Shown: positions 1 through 13,175, counted from the first letter of the whole stretch. The stretch: 56,883 bases of DNA, filler included, from Basidiobolus ranarum (GCA_040143965.1; 6 parts of 6 records of this genome joined end to end with filler, not necessarily neighbours in it), one strand, 5' to 3'. Made by a program: numbers and translations. Notes: a model not told the origin generated them from the sequence alone.

Positions 1-1897
1 ATACAACGGATCATATTTCACATTTCACGTGTGCCGAGATCTAGGCAGTGGAGCTCATAGCCAGCAAGAGAAGCCGAACCCAACCCCAAAGAGTGCACCA
101 AAAGGTTTATTATGGGAAATAGATTTTCCGCAGGATCCTTGACCTGTTCATCCAAATACCCTTCAACAAAAGTAAACAGAGGGCGTTTCTGCAAATAGAG
201 CGGAATTGAAACCGAGTAGGTTGCTGGATCATCCAATCATGGCACCGGGAATACCATCCGATTTGCTTTGAATTAGCGAGAGTTGGGCACGAACTAACAT
301 TAAGTTCATTAAAGCGCCAGAATGCAATCGCATCTAATGCGCATTTTTTCAAATCTAAACCTTTGCATTGACTCGAGTAAAGCATTGTGTGAGAAGGAAC
401 ACAATGGATGCACTCTAGTGTTTCGGATACGGTATCGCAAGTGCAGATTTCCTGACCACCCCAAAAGGTCCAATTTCAACTCTAACGAAACTAGTGTTCA
501 AGGAAGTTTACCTCCATTCCAAACTCGAGGAGGAGCCGAGCCTTGATGCAAATCTAGATCAGACAGGCTGGTGATGATTTAGATCATATCGTGACCATTA
601 TTGTTGATTGCATATATGGTAGCAATTCTATGGTTTTCGTATAAAACACACCCACTGTCACCATCCATTCGAGGCTATTTTTGCAGCATCAAGCATTGAA
701 AATAGTGTTTTTTTATATTGCAACAATGAGCTATCTATAAGAAATTACTGTAAAATATGAAACTTGACCAACTACTTGGCCATCATATGGTGCATTCCGG
801 AAGGAGGATTCGTATTGAGCACCCCATTTCAGTGGCAAAGCCTAGTGTTATAGAATGAATTTCACGTGTCTCTCATACCGTATGTGAACAAGGCTAGCAA
901 TATGTATTAGCACATAGAGGTATCACGCAGCTCTGCCCACTGTTTTCAACTACAGCATACTGTACTTTGAGCAACAGAATGGAGCAGCAGTCAACTAGTA
1001 CCTTTCTCTAATTCTCTTATAGCACTTGTCTTGCACTTCCTGCTTACTGAAAGCTACGAGTACTGCTCTTGAGTTAATACTGCTACTTCTCCAATACCAG
1101 GAAGTGGGAAACCAAATACACATCTAGTAGAATGAACATCACGAACGGGGGTGGTTATTGTCCTTTCAGGCAATCTCTAGCAAGTAAAGAATCCTCATTC
1201 CCATCAGTTACAAATTTGACTCAGCAGCTCATTGTACCAGGTGTGAGTTCTAATGCAGTTTAGTTGAATACATTTCATAAGCCACCAGGTCGCAAACACC
1301 TATCACCATCAGGCATTCTGGAAAAGAACAAAGGTTGATGTGGGGACAATATGGAATTAACGATTAGCTCATAATTCATTCAATATATCTAATATCTTTG
1401 GCGAGAATCCTCGATGTTTTTGCATCAAATATTCACATCAACTAGCAAATCATATATAAAGCATCCAGCCATCAGGAACGCAATTTCGCAATTTGATGGC
1501 GAAGAAGTCTAGTAAAGTTAATGAACTGGCAGTCTGGTCTGATAGGAACAATCATTGCAGGAGATCGTAGAAGTAACTATCGAAATTGCTACGATTTCCC
1601 TAGATATAATTATTGAGATTTCAGTGGTCTTCCTAGATTTTAATACCGTAATGCTGTATAGCAAACGAAGCTCCGCTATCACCAACACGTTGCCAGAGTT
1701 CAGCTTAGGCTTCTCTAATAATTCAATATACCGTAATGGAAAGTGATGTTCGGTTCGTCCAGGGCAATCCGCGAATCAAATTCAAACTAATGATTACATT
1801 AGGTACTGACTAGCTTGGTTTTATGATTTATTTCTGATAGGTGACTTTCACCTAACTCTAAATCAACTGTAGTTTTTCCATTTGATCAACTTTTCAC

Positions 1898-3141
1898 TTA
1901 ATTAACCTTCTCGAAATATTCAATAGAGTTTTTGGGATCTGCTTTAATGGTTGGGGATCCCTTCTTCCAGTTGGCAGGACAAACTAAGCACATTTGAATT
2001 TAAAGCACGCGTTAGATCTAAGGCACCATATATGATGTATGTAAAGGGTCACTTGCCTTCACCATGAGTATCGGTAAATTGAACGGCTTCGATGAGTCGT
2101 AGAGTTTCATCAACACTACGTCCAATAGGCAGATCATTAACCTGCATTACTCTAACATTACCCTTGGGGTCAATGATGAATAGACCTCTATAACATACAA
2201 GACCTGTCAGGAGAATATATATGGCATCAACAATACAAGCAATATACATACCGAAGTGCAATTCCTTGTTCTTCAATCAAAACATCGTAATCCAAAGAAA
2301 TCTTCTTAGTAATATCGGCAACTACGGAAGGTGTCAGCGTACATGTAACTCACAAAAATCAGTAGCTACGTTACTTACTCAAAGGAATCCTAACGAAATA
2401 ATCCAAATTAATGAGAAACTGTATTTTATCAAGGAATCGTATGACTAGAACTTACTTGATATCGCCTAAGCCACCTTTGTTTCTAGGAAGGTTGCTTCAG
2501 AAATAAAATATTGGTAAATAATTCAAGCAGGTGATTTGCAATATACTTGTACATACCACCAAGCGAGGTGAGAGAACTCGCTATCAGTAGATACTCCTAC
2601 AACTTCGACACCAAGGTCACGGAATTCCTTGATACGATCACTATGAGGCAAGAAAAACTCAGCAATCGTTCCATTACTTTTGAAAATGGGTGTCTCATAC
2701 TGCTTACCTAAAGGCCAAAAGCTCGGTGGGACAAACGAAAGTAAAATCCAGAGGCTTTAACCAACAAACAATTCAGTACAATCCATATTTTCATTTAAAA
2801 AGAATATATAAATTCAACTTACATAGAAGACCATGACAAGGAATTTACCGTTGTAATCCTCGGATTTAAGTTCTTGGAATTGGCCTTCTACCACTGCTTG
2901 AGCCTTCCAAGCAGGCGCAGCTTTCTAATATTAACAGATAATAATCAATAACAGAAATACTGGAATATATTTATAGTTCATATAGTACCTGGACTTTAAC
3001 CTGGCGGAGGCTGGGGAAGGAGGAGAAGGTTTTTACATTGGCTAACAAGGAAGGTCTAGCAACGGCACGAGAGCCGAATCTAGGAGTAGAAGCGACAAGT
3101 ACACGTTGGGCGCGAGGAAATACTGAACGAAAAGATTGCAT
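1898..3141 (-). CDS. Typical 2-Cys peroxiredoxin (Prx1/AhpC family), probably mitochondrial; 9 exons
   Basis: Manual splicing gives [13 protein letters not shown]..(Arg/Ser-rich presequence)..[111 protein letters not shown]. Both FVCP and VCP cysteine motifs are present. Confidence 0.95.
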
Positions 3142-5512
3142 GATAACGGTGAATACCAAGAATACTTGCGAGTTAGAAACACCTTAAAAACTTTTGTACC
3201 GAAAAAATTGGCCAATATGTTGGCGCAGTATTTGAGATGAATAATATGAGAAGTTCTCACGTCGTCTGTGAGGATAGGAGCAATTGATCGAAGTGGCTCA
3301 TTCTGATTATCGTGTAGATATAAATATGAGATGTGATTGACTTATTACTAATTGTGTAGGGCATTATTCATTGTGGAATGGAGAATTAGGCTAGTTTTCA
3401 ACGACTGGGGACGCACAAATGATAATCAAGAGCATCTGGTAGTTTCCTTGTATCCATAGTAGCTTTTTAGGGCCTTAAGCTTTTTACGATTGATGACATT
3501 GAATTCGTTGGATATCAACAGTAATTCTCCAAGGAATATCCAAGTTGAAACGACGCCCCGCACAGGAGGAAAATCACAAGCTGAATAGACAAAATCCAAA
3601 TCAAATTTAATATTAGCACTAGTCCTGTACCTTAATATATCAAAATGCTTGGTTTTTGGATATGATGGATTTGTAGATCTGTAAGCAATTTTCCCCACAC
3701 GAGGCCAGCTTTATTGTCCCTGTTTTCTAGTTTTTGCCCAATCATTTGCTAGACATTTCTTACCAATCATAGGCATTCATTTCAGATTCTTAGCTGCGAT
3801 AGAAATCATCTGTGCATAGATATTCTATGTATATCTTATGTATATATATATACACGCCATTAGGGCTAATTGTACATTTGCCGCTATCAATCCGACCTTA
3901 AATGGCCATAATATGAAACAAAACCGAGAAAACCAAAGAGCTGCTGATGCTGACAAGGTGTTGCTGATATACTTCCCAGCGACGGCTGCCTACCTAAGAG
4001 AGCTTGGAAGCTCACCTCGCCAGCTTTGAATATCCTCTGGTAACATTATGAAATCTTCAGAGTTCACTCCACGGACCAGAAAACATAGTATAGATCGCGG
4101 TATTGTCATATCTAATCTACAAGCGCTGAATCAATGAACGTTACATATGTTCTCTTAACAGGAGGAGTAGAGCTGCAGCAAAACACCTGGAGTTGCAGAC
4201 TGTTAAAGTCTGGCACTGTGCTATGATGTTAACGCCGAATCTACCTATGGATACTCGGTGTTGCTGTAATTAAGCGTTGTTATAGTTATTCAATGTAATG
4301 AAATCGACCTAGTGAATTTGAGCAATTATAGTGAAATTGCGTAGTGCCCAGCTTAAAATACTGGTTGGATTCGATGACCAATGGAACTCGCTCGAACTCC
4401 CAGCCCAAGATATACTAGTGCAATCACCGCCGAATAAAATCAGCACCCCCGTAGTTATGTCCAAAATGGCCATCTGATCTTGACGAGTGTCGCTATATCC
4501 AATAAGTCAGCCTCAACATAGGTGCTAAATTACTAAATGCTCCAAAAAAATAACCACGCAGGAGAAAAAGCCAAATATGTATTTGATAGAACATATGAAA
4601 CCCCTCAAAGGCTAATACTCCATTTGTACGATCAAATACTGACTTTGTCGTTGAACTGGTGATAGATCCTTCTGTATTGAAGTATCTTGCATCGATAGAC
4701 ACCCGTTATGCAGCCTCCATTGGATTAGGTGAGGACAAATAGCCATAGCGACTTGAGAGTCGGTGTGATACCTGAATATTGACTCACGATAGGCTCGTAA
4801 TTAAATCTGACACTATTATTAGCTCATTGAAGACTTGCTATTCTAGGGTTTACCGGTTTTATTATCCTGGGATTCCTGCCATTCGTCTGACTAAACAGGT
4901 ACTCACTTAGTAGACCTTCACTCAACTCTATAAACCTGTTTAGCATCGCACTACGTCCATTACTGAGTGCACTTTGCTTTCACAACTCCCAAGAACATTC
5001 CATATCAATGCGCTGAGCACCTTGACTTTAGTTCTAAACGGTCATTATGGAACATTGGCCGTGTATGACAATCCTTTGCCTCTAGCGCTCACCCATATTT
5101 CCATTTGCAATCGGTCTGGGCTGAGTCCCAATGCAACCCAATTTTCCATTGGTAAACTTTAATTACTATATATTAAGTTTTGATTTCAAGATTACCGGAG
5201 AGTGACATATGGATGGTACGACCATGAGAGTGCCCACCTTAATAGATCCTGCTTTGACTTACAGATCTATAGCCTATCCATTTCATTAGTATAGCAATAT
5301 ATATCTGCCGATCGTAACAACCTCTATCTAGCCGTATGATATTCCATAGGAAAATTTTATCGGACGAGTCATGATGTCACTTTGGGAAAGAGAAGTAGTA
5401 TATAATGGTCTGCCTCTCAGTAAGAAACCCTATTATTGTCCTCTTATTCCTATATTCGTTAGTGCAGAAGTGTAGCTCCCCCTCAATTCCCTAATCATTT
5501 ACTCTGGAAGGT

Positions 5513-6331
5513 ATGAAGGGCCTGATAATCTTTGTTTTCCTGGCATTGTCCAGGTCCAAAAAGCTCACTGGTCTTCGGGTTGGAGATACTTGCACTTCTG
5601 GTGCCAGAGCTAAAGGACCTTGTAACAACGTAACTTTGACATGTAACGATTTAACAAATAAATGTGCTGCTATAGGTTGTCGTCTTAACGAAGAGATAAG
5701 CGATTGGCCCATTGGCCTTCCACAGCCTCCCGTTTGTTCTTCAACCGAATATTGTCCCAAGAGCGCACTCGGATGCTTACCAAGAGCACAGTTGGGAGAA
5801 ATCTGCTATGCTGGTCGTGATGATTCATGTCTGGGTGACAATGGAGTTTGTTTGAGCCAGCACTGTTACCTTAAGGATGTTCCTTCCGGGCAAAGCTGCA
5901 TTTTCGATGATGTTAGTTTTTATGGCTCTATTCTCGACAACTGCCAGACGGGATTCTTTTGCTCCACACATAGTAGCACATGTTTGAGTGCTCTTCAAGA
6001 TAACGACCGTTGTTCTGAGGACCGACAATGTCAATCAGGAACTTGTAGAAACGGCTTTTGTGCAAAGGATGTTGACTACAATCGCTTTCCAACATGGGCC
6101 TACATCGTTATTGGGATTGGCTGTCTTGCTTTGATAGTCTGTTGGATTCTCTTTGTGTACATTCGTAGACGCCGTCGTATGAATGCCTACAAACGATCAG
6201 TGGCCGAACTAGAACACTATCGACAGTCCGTAATAGGTGGGTCGAACGCCAGAAACATCACCTCTCCATCCCATGAACACCTCAAAAACCAAAGTTTTGT
6301 CTCCAGTGACTCCAATCCATCACGGACATAA
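5513..6331 (+). CDS. Cys-rich single-pass (type I) membrane protein, uncharacterised
   Basis: 272-aa intronless ORF with a signal-like N-terminus, 20 Cys in the ectodomain, a TM segment WAYIVIGIGCLALIVCWILFVYI followed by RRRRR, and a Ser-rich tail. TATATAA at about 5399. Confidence 0.85.
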   Translation: MKGLIIFVFLALSRSKKLTGLRVGDTCTSGARAKGPCNNVTLTCNDLTNKCAAIGCRLNEEISDWPIGLPQPPVCSSTEYCPKSALGCLPRAQLGEICYAGRDDSCLGDNGVCLSQHCYLKDVPSGQSCIFDDVSFYGSILDNCQTGFFCSTHSSTCLSALQDNDRCSEDRQCQSGTCRNGFCAKDVDYNRFPTWAYIVIGIGCLALIVCWILFVYIRRRRRMNAYKRSVAELEHYRQSVIGGSNARNITSPSHEHLKNQSFVSSDSNPSRT

Positions 6332-7582
6332 TTAGTTCGCTCATTTACCGACTATCTATTGCTGATCACATTTATCACTCAACAATTTCACATCATTACA
6401 ATGACCTTCCTATTTAATGTTTATTTACTGGACCCCCGTACCCTTTGCCAATGCATATCCACCCACCCTTTATCTTACTAATTTAGATATCACCACTTTG
6501 ACTGTAGGCTGTGGTACAAATATGAATGCAGCTGTATTTTATTCTTGGGCTTTTGTCTTTGCCATCGATTACCTGATACAAAATATAATATAGTATAAAT
6601 GTGATCCACGCCATCGTCAAGTGTTTGTTAGTTGATTTACAATTTAGATCGAAGTGAATCCATAGGTATCTAATCGGTCTACCACCAGTTACACAACCCA
6701 AGGTGTAAACTATTCTTCCAATAGGAGATCGCCTACTTGACCGCTGATGATTAGATGAAATAAGAAAGCAATTACACTGGGCGCTTTCACGGTAACAAGA
6801 GAATGTTGAAAATCTATTGGAGTCATACCTACCCCGCTCCATCGAATTACTAAGAATAGGTTCCCATTAGGTTTTGGGCCATCACGTATCTACATTATAC
6901 TCCGATTGGAATCTTCCATTCCACGATGTTCTTCAGCAAGCGAGGAATGGGATAATGGATGATTCAATTTCACCAAGATATTGTGTTTTCTATTCTATCT
7001 TTTGCTTCACACAGAGTAAAGGAGGTTGGTCATGTTGTAATAACAACTTTATTACTATGGTAGCGTGGCATATCGTATCCTCTCACACCTGGATTTGACC
7101 TCCAACTGAAGGTGAATTCCTCCCGGTTAAATCATATTTCGGAGTCTGCGAGCAACCAGGGCAACCCGTGTGAAAATAGGTTATCTATCTTACCACGTCT
7201 TTTATAGAAACCAGCGGCAGGTGCCTGTATGCAAGGTATCTCTATCTATTGGTTGGCTAATTCTAGTTCAACTTGAAAGTAATGTTCATGAATCATCTGT
7301 TCATGATTGAGCGCTAATACCGATATTGATGCCAATACCGATATACCAGATTGAAATGGCTATTCGCAAATCGATTGAGGTTGGCAAATTACACTTTATA
7401 TTATCATCACAACTATTTGGCCTCAGAAGAGTAATCGTATATTGATTCATCATCAATAAAATAGTGAACGGAACAGAAAATGAAGAGAATTACTCTATGT
7501 ACAAGGTAGATTCAATGCGGTATGAGAGAAAAATAAAGAGATTAAGAATCGTTGAAGATTCATAGAAAATATACGGAAGGTA

Positions 7583-9391
7583 TTATGATACACAAATCAT
7601 CTCTAATGGAATATCCAAAAGAACTCCACCTCGACGTAGGGAGCTGAATAGGCCTCTTGGGAACAAGTAAAGTGATAAAGAGGAAATGTTAGGTGTACGC
7701 TCATCAAGACGAACAATGGATATAAGGCTATGGACATCCTGTTCATTCTCCACAGTTAAGAAGTGGGAATCCATCGTTCTATATATCAACTGAAGGGATT
7801 CAAGTCTCTCTTCAGAATATCCTGCCTGAAGAAAAGCCTTGGAAATCACTGCTTTCAGTTCAGAACATGTTACATCATTACGAACAGGAATCACTACGCA
7901 ACTCTCAGAGTCAAGAACCACCTTGAGCCTGAAAATAATGCTTGGAGAAGAGCCCTCGAGCTGAGCCATATTGGAGTTGTAGAAAGTAGGTTTTTCAGAA
8001 ATAAACTCCCTTCTCAGCGTAGAGGCAGTAGTTGAGGGATCTGTCTCTGAATTGTCGTGTTGTAGCGGAGTGATCACTGCCTTCTGATGGATGGCCGCCA
8101 TAGTCTTTTGGCGTCGTAGATATGAGCCCGGTTGTGGAACGTTTCTGATAGCAGCCAATGAATTTTGTCTTCTCAACGGAGTAGAGTTCTGGCGATGAAG
8201 CGAGGAAAATGAATTTTGTTTTGGCTGGGTTTTATGAGAGTTTTCGTGCAAGAAACGTTCGCGAAGACTTTCATTACTTAGGGAACGATATGAAATATAT
8301 CCAGAATCTCGATTATCGTTGGCGTGCTCACTAGCATTAACCGATTTGTTGATCTCAGCAACTTCACGCATCCAAAAGAATTCATCCAATAACTTTGAAG
8401 AAGGGAGGTAAAAGGTATACTTATCTATGCCTTCTACTAGGACCGTACGAAGATCCTCATTTGTAGCGATTACAATTAAGCTATTCTCTCGTTTGTAGGC
8501 CAGTACAACTGATTCGAAATCCTCCGGTTTAAAGGCTTGATTTTCGCAGAATTTCTCAAAAATTCGTTTCCTTAAATCGTCATATGGAATATTTCGAGCA
8601 ACCATAATATTAATGATGTTGTCAGAATTTAAAATAACTTTGACCCGAACAAATGGCGCAATCACGGCTACACTACCACTACCATTGGAACGACAACTGT
8701 GAGAACGAATTAAGGAGCTTCGCTTCGTCTGCCAGACTGCTTTTTCTTTGATGGTCATATGCCGTGCATTCCAGGGGGCAACCTTCAAAGGAGACTCCGA
8801 TGTGTTAGAGTAGGCGTAAGAAGCGACCGTATTAGATCTTTGAAGAGAGTTTGGTGAGGCGGGTGAAGGAGAGGATTCCAACTCAAATGACTCAAAAGCT
8901 TCTTGAACTGTACTAACTGTTGGTATTGTAGCTTTGCTGAGGTCCACTGAAATTGGGGTCATGGCCAGTGATTCGCTCAAATCCGACTCCCACAGACCGA
9001 AAAATTCGGAAAAGCATATAGAACCACGGATATTGACCGGAAGAGCGAATACTCCAGACAGAAAGTCATTTAAATCTTCGATTTTACGTCCAGCGTGGGT
9101 CGTTTTAGAGGAGAGAATCCGCTTTCTTGTTGCTAACTTAGGGGGCCTCTCGGCATATTTCTCACATTCAAGTGTGAGATAGCTTACGAAATATTTGAAG
9201 TCATCAAATAGACGATAAACCACATAAGGTATATGACTCAAACACTCGTCCGTTGTTTCATCAAGATTGTCTGGGATAATGGATAAAGTGAACCAGCATT
9301 TTTCACCACGAAGCTCATAGCTTACGACTCTGGCGGTAGCAACGAATGCAGCCGGCTCAACTAAAGCTGAAGAAGCTCGAAGGGCAACCAT
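7583..9391 (-). CDS. PX domain protein with two PB1-like domains (Bem1/p40phox-like parts, no SH3 seen)
   Basis: 602-aa ORF. PX-like YVVYRLFDDFKYF..PPKL..IEDLNDFLSGVFALP..FSEFF. PB1-like VRVKVILNSDNII..YDDLRKRIFEKF..LAYKRE..IATNEDL and FRLKVVLDSES..SELKAVISKAF..LIYRTMD..VENEQDV. ATG is 22 nt from the contig edge, so upstream exons cannot be excluded. Confidence 0.75.
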   Translation of the reverse strand: MVALRASSALVEPAAFVATARVVSYELRGEKCWFTLSIIPDNLDETTDECLSHIPYVVYRLFDDFKYFVSYLTLECEKYAERPPKLATRKRILSSKTTHAGRKIEDLNDFLSGVFALPVNIRGSICFSEFFGLWESDLSESLAMTPISVDLSKATIPTVSTVQEAFESFELESSPSPASPNSLQRSNTVASYAYSNTSESPLKVAPWNARHMTIKEKAVWQTKRSSLIRSHSCRSNGSGSVAVIAPFVRVKVILNSDNIINIMVARNIPYDDLRKRIFEKFCENQAFKPEDFESVVLAYKRENSLIVIATNEDLRTVLVEGIDKYTFYLPSSKLLDEFFWMREVAEINKSVNASEHANDNRDSGYISYRSLSNESLRERFLHENSHKTQPKQNSFSSLHRQNSTPLRRQNSLAAIRNVPQPGSYLRRQKTMAAIHQKAVITPLQHDNSETDPSTTASTLRREFISEKPTFYNSNMAQLEGSSPSIIFRLKVVLDSESCVVIPVRNDVTCSELKAVISKAFLQAGYSEERLESLQLIYRTMDSHFLTVENEQDVHSLISIVRLDERTPNISSLSLYLFPRGLFSSLRRGGVLLDIPLEMICVS

Positions 9392-9413
9392 AACAGTTTA
9401 ATCAGGAGAATAT

Positions 9414-9513
9414 NNNNNNNNNNNNNNNNNNNNNNNNNNNNNNNNNNNNNNNNNNNNTTAATTAATTAANNNNNNNNNNNNNNNNNNNNNNNNNNNNNNN
9501 NNNNNNNNNNNNN
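9414..9513. other. Artificial contig linker
   Basis: N44-TTAATTAATTAA-N44, which places stops in all six frames. Confidence 0.99.
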
Positions 9514-9907
9514 CTATAGGGGTGAGTATTGATGGATTGGAGATATAGGAGGAAATTGTAAGACTAATATTTCGCCGGTAGCATTCCAACATTAGACGTG
9601 GAAGCATCCCATTCATTCTCCCAGAGAAGGATGAGCAAAAGGGAGTGGTGCATCCAGTCTTATCTAAATCCGATGTTGCTATCCTGCAACCTGTCATGGT
9701 ACTCCTCACATTTACCTTCGAGCATTATGAAATTTGTACTTACTTTCTTTATTCCCTGTTGTTACCATCCGTGCTATCATATTTCAGGCTACGAGTGTTG
9801 ACTTTGAACCACTTAGCACAGTCGCTTTTCGTGAGGATGCTATCATCACGACCTGTAGACGAGGTCATATCAAAGTATGGGCGCGCCCGGAGTCCTCAAA
9901 CCAATAA
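9514..9907 (+). CDS. creC: 3' end of CreC/WDR20/DMWD-family WD40 protein (5' truncated by contig edge)
   Basis: Exons 9582-9698 and 9788-9907 (GT-AG, in frame) give ..VVHPVLSKSDVAILQPVM|ATSVDFEPLSTVAFREDAIITTCRRGHIKVWARPESSNQ*. This matches the CreC/WDR20 C-terminal pattern (F.ED.I.T....G.I..W.RP). Confidence 0.85.
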
Positions 9908-11348
9908 AGATACCACATCTTTAGCAATCACGAATCAACCACTCTTTGTCCTTACTTTCCAATTCCTTCTAAAAGGCCAGATTTCCCTTTAGCAATATAT
10001 CACCCACTTTATCAACACTAGACTGCTGATAAGTCGGACAATACAATATAAAAAGCAGATTAAAAATACTTCTATGGATGTTTGAATTGAATTTTCCTTC
10101 GCAAAATCATAAATTATGTTTACTCTAATTTCGAGAATATTACTACAGCTCTAAGGTGAGTTACAAATAAAGAGACTGTCGCTTGATCAAAATGAAATCA
10201 GCTCAATTGATTTTAGCACGTGTATGCTCAATAGGGTTAGCCTTAAGTAAGATCCAATCGTCATGCTTGTGCCCAAAAACCTCATGTTGCCGGAAGGCTT
10301 TTATCGACAAAAACAGCCGGTCGCATGATGAGCTGAATCCGGTCAATTGGCCCACATCTCCAGCAAGGATTGTACTTAAGAAGCAGTAGTACCACCAAAC
10401 TAAATAACGAGCCGGTAAATGAATTCTCCACGTATTTCACTCACCCGCTGTTAATTTTGCTCTAAACATGTTTTTAGAGAGTTTCCTTCGCTGCATTCAG
10501 CCTCTTCGACTATAGAGTTTTTTATTCACTGTTGGACTAAAATGAACCTTTTCCCCTTTTATGCTCAGTGTCTTCAAGGGTCGATATTACGTAGACTATA
10601 TATTAGTAGGATTAGCCTCCTTATTCGGGGAAGATTTTGATTCTAGCTTCGCGGATCAAAACATCGCGTAATCAATGCAATCTATTGGTTTGATATGTTA
10701 CAGGCATTCAAATTTTCATCGTACTTACTCTTATTGTGTTTACTCTGGAATGTGCTTTTTTTTTGTGATTCTTATTGGCTTTTAGTGAAATCAAATTAGT
10801 ATTTATCATTAGGGGTACTTATTATATATCTTTTCCCTCGTCAGTTAAACTTTTTCATCTGTTTGTTCCTTTTTCCTATTCACCCGCGTTCAAGGTAAAG
10901 TTAGCATAACAAAGATTGTGGAGAAGTTGGTTCCCTACAGTTAATGATACGTACAGTTCTTGGTTACTCGCTCGCCTTTGAAGAGCTCTTTATCTTTTCA
11001 TGTGATCAGTCACTTTGATATATATAAATGGTTCTTCAAATATTTCTCATTACAAATTAGTTCTGGCATATCTTATGTCACGACACGCGCATTTAAATAT
11101 CTCCACACTTCAGATCTTTGATAAAGTATCTCGTGGACATGTTACGCTGCGTTTGGTGTGCAGATAGAGATACGCGTCAACTTTATAGTGAATTTTCACT
11201 TGAGAACGCGAGCGAGCACACCGAGGTGGCTTTGGTTGATTTACTTGTAGCTTCCCGCTTGCTCGGCAGTTCTTTTAATTTTTATCTCCGTTTCTTATTT
11301 GTACAACCAATTGATGTTTTTTTCCGCTTCAGCTTTTATATAACAAAC

Positions 11349-12795
11349 ATGGCCGATCATGCTGACGATTTGATTGATTATGAAGAAGATGAGGAGACTA
11401 TTCAACCGGAGATCGCCGTTACCGAGGTAGCTCAAGCTGCTGGTGACGATCAAGATGGTGATAAAGAGGATACAAAAGATAAGAAGGGTAGTTACGTCGG
11501 TGTTCATTCCACTGGTTTTAGAGATTTCTTGTTGAAGCCAGAGTTATTACGTGCCATTGTTGATTGTGGTTTTGAGCATCCATCTGAAGGTAATATTTCT
11601 CCCATGAGTTAGTGATATCCTCAGTGATTAGCGACAATATTAATTTGAATATAACTTTATAGTACAGCAAGAATGTATTCCTCAATCAATTCTTGGAATG
11701 GACGTCTTATGCCAGGCTAAGTCTGGTATGGGTAAAACCGCCGTTTTCGTTTTGGCTACTTTGCAACAGGTTGAGCCTGTGGCAGGTGAGGTGGCAGTAT
11801 TGGTGCTTTGTCATACTCGTGAATTAGCATTCCAAATTAAGAACGAATACGCTCGGTTTAGTAAGTACATGCCTGACATCAAAACTGAAGTGTTTTATGG
11901 TGGAACTAGTGTAAAGAAGGATCACGATTTACTTAAAGATCGTGATTCTTGCCCTCACATTGTAGTCGGCACACCTGGAAGAATTTTAGCTTTGATCAAA
12001 GATAAAACTCTTCGTGTTGGTAGTGTAAAGCACTTTGTTCTTGATGAGTGTGATAAGATGCTTGAACAATTAGGTAAGATATCTTTGATGTAACTCGATA
12101 ATTCCACTTCATCTACTAATAATAGTTTAGATATGCGTCGCGACGTCCAGGAAATTTTCCGCTCTACTCCTCATCATAAGCAAGTAATGATGTTTAGTGC
12201 TACTTTGAGTAAGGAGATCCGACCTGTTTGCAAGAAGTTCATGCAAAACCCACTCGAAATCTACGTTGATGATGAGACCAAATTGACCCTTCATGGCTTG
12301 CAACAGTACTACATTAAGCTTACAGAAGATCAAAAGAATCGTAAACTCAATGATCTTCTTGATACATTGGAATTTAACCAAGTCTGCATCTTCGTTAAGT
12401 CTGTTGCCAGAGCCAACCAACTCAACAAATTACTTGTCGAATGTAACTTCCCAAGTATATGCATTCACAGCCAGATGCCTCAAGAAGAAAGAATTGCTAG
12501 ATATAAAACTTTCAAGGAGTTTAATAAGCGTATCATGGTAGCAACCGATATCTTCGGCCGTGGTATTGATATCGAGCGCGTTAACATTGTTATCAATTAT
12601 GACATGCCCGATGGTGCCGACACTTATTTGCACAGAGTAGGCCGTGCTGGTCGTTTTGGTACTAAGGGACTTGCAGTCACTTTCGTTGGTGCTGATAGCG
12701 ATTTGGAGATTCTGAACCAAGTCCAAAGCAGATTCGAGGTGAAGGTCCCTGAGTTACCAGAGGAGATTGACTTCGCCACTTATATGAATGCTTAA
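11349..12795 (+). CDS. SUB2: DECD-box RNA helicase Sub2/UAP56
   Basis: Exons 11349-11589, 11663-12073 and 12131-12795. Motifs [25 protein letters not shown] and HRVGRAGR. Confidence 0.97.
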
Positions 12796-13175
12796 GTTAT
12801 CACCTACTTGAGTCATCTTCTTTCATACTTTCATTCACTATCGTGGTTTATGTATTTGTTTTTCAAACTTGTAGTTAAATAAAGATGTACAAAAACAACA
12901 TTCACACTGTTATAATATCACCAATGTAATGCAATATATTTCAGCACTGACCACAACTGATAATGCTAGCTAGATTTTTGAATTTCATGGAATGGATTTC
13001 ATAAATATTTATTCTATTGAAGGGGCATGATAGTAGACTGTGCAAGTTTGCATGGAAAATTGATGCAACCATATGTTAGCCAAGTGAGCAGGGAGGAGAC
13101 AAATGTAAATTAGTTCAACGTAAACGTGTGGTGGCGGTGATGCTCTATGTTCAAATACAAAAGGGATTTCTAAAT

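Noticed and set aside
790..812. TTCC-GGAA-GGAG hairpin resembling SRP helix 8
   Set aside because: Lacks the flanking AGG/AGCA symmetric loop and the long SRP stem.
1..1800. Short ORFs at the start of contig 1, possibly a pseudogene
   Set aside because: No recognisable motif or consistent splice model.
6744..6764. Hammerhead-like CTGATGA..GAAA
   Set aside because: No stem II pairing and no complementary stem I/III with a UH cleavage site.
11118..11348. TTG-initiated N-terminal extension of SUB2 in the ORF track
   Set aside because: ATG 11349 gives the normal Sub2 N-terminus; the upstream sequence looks like promoter and UTR.
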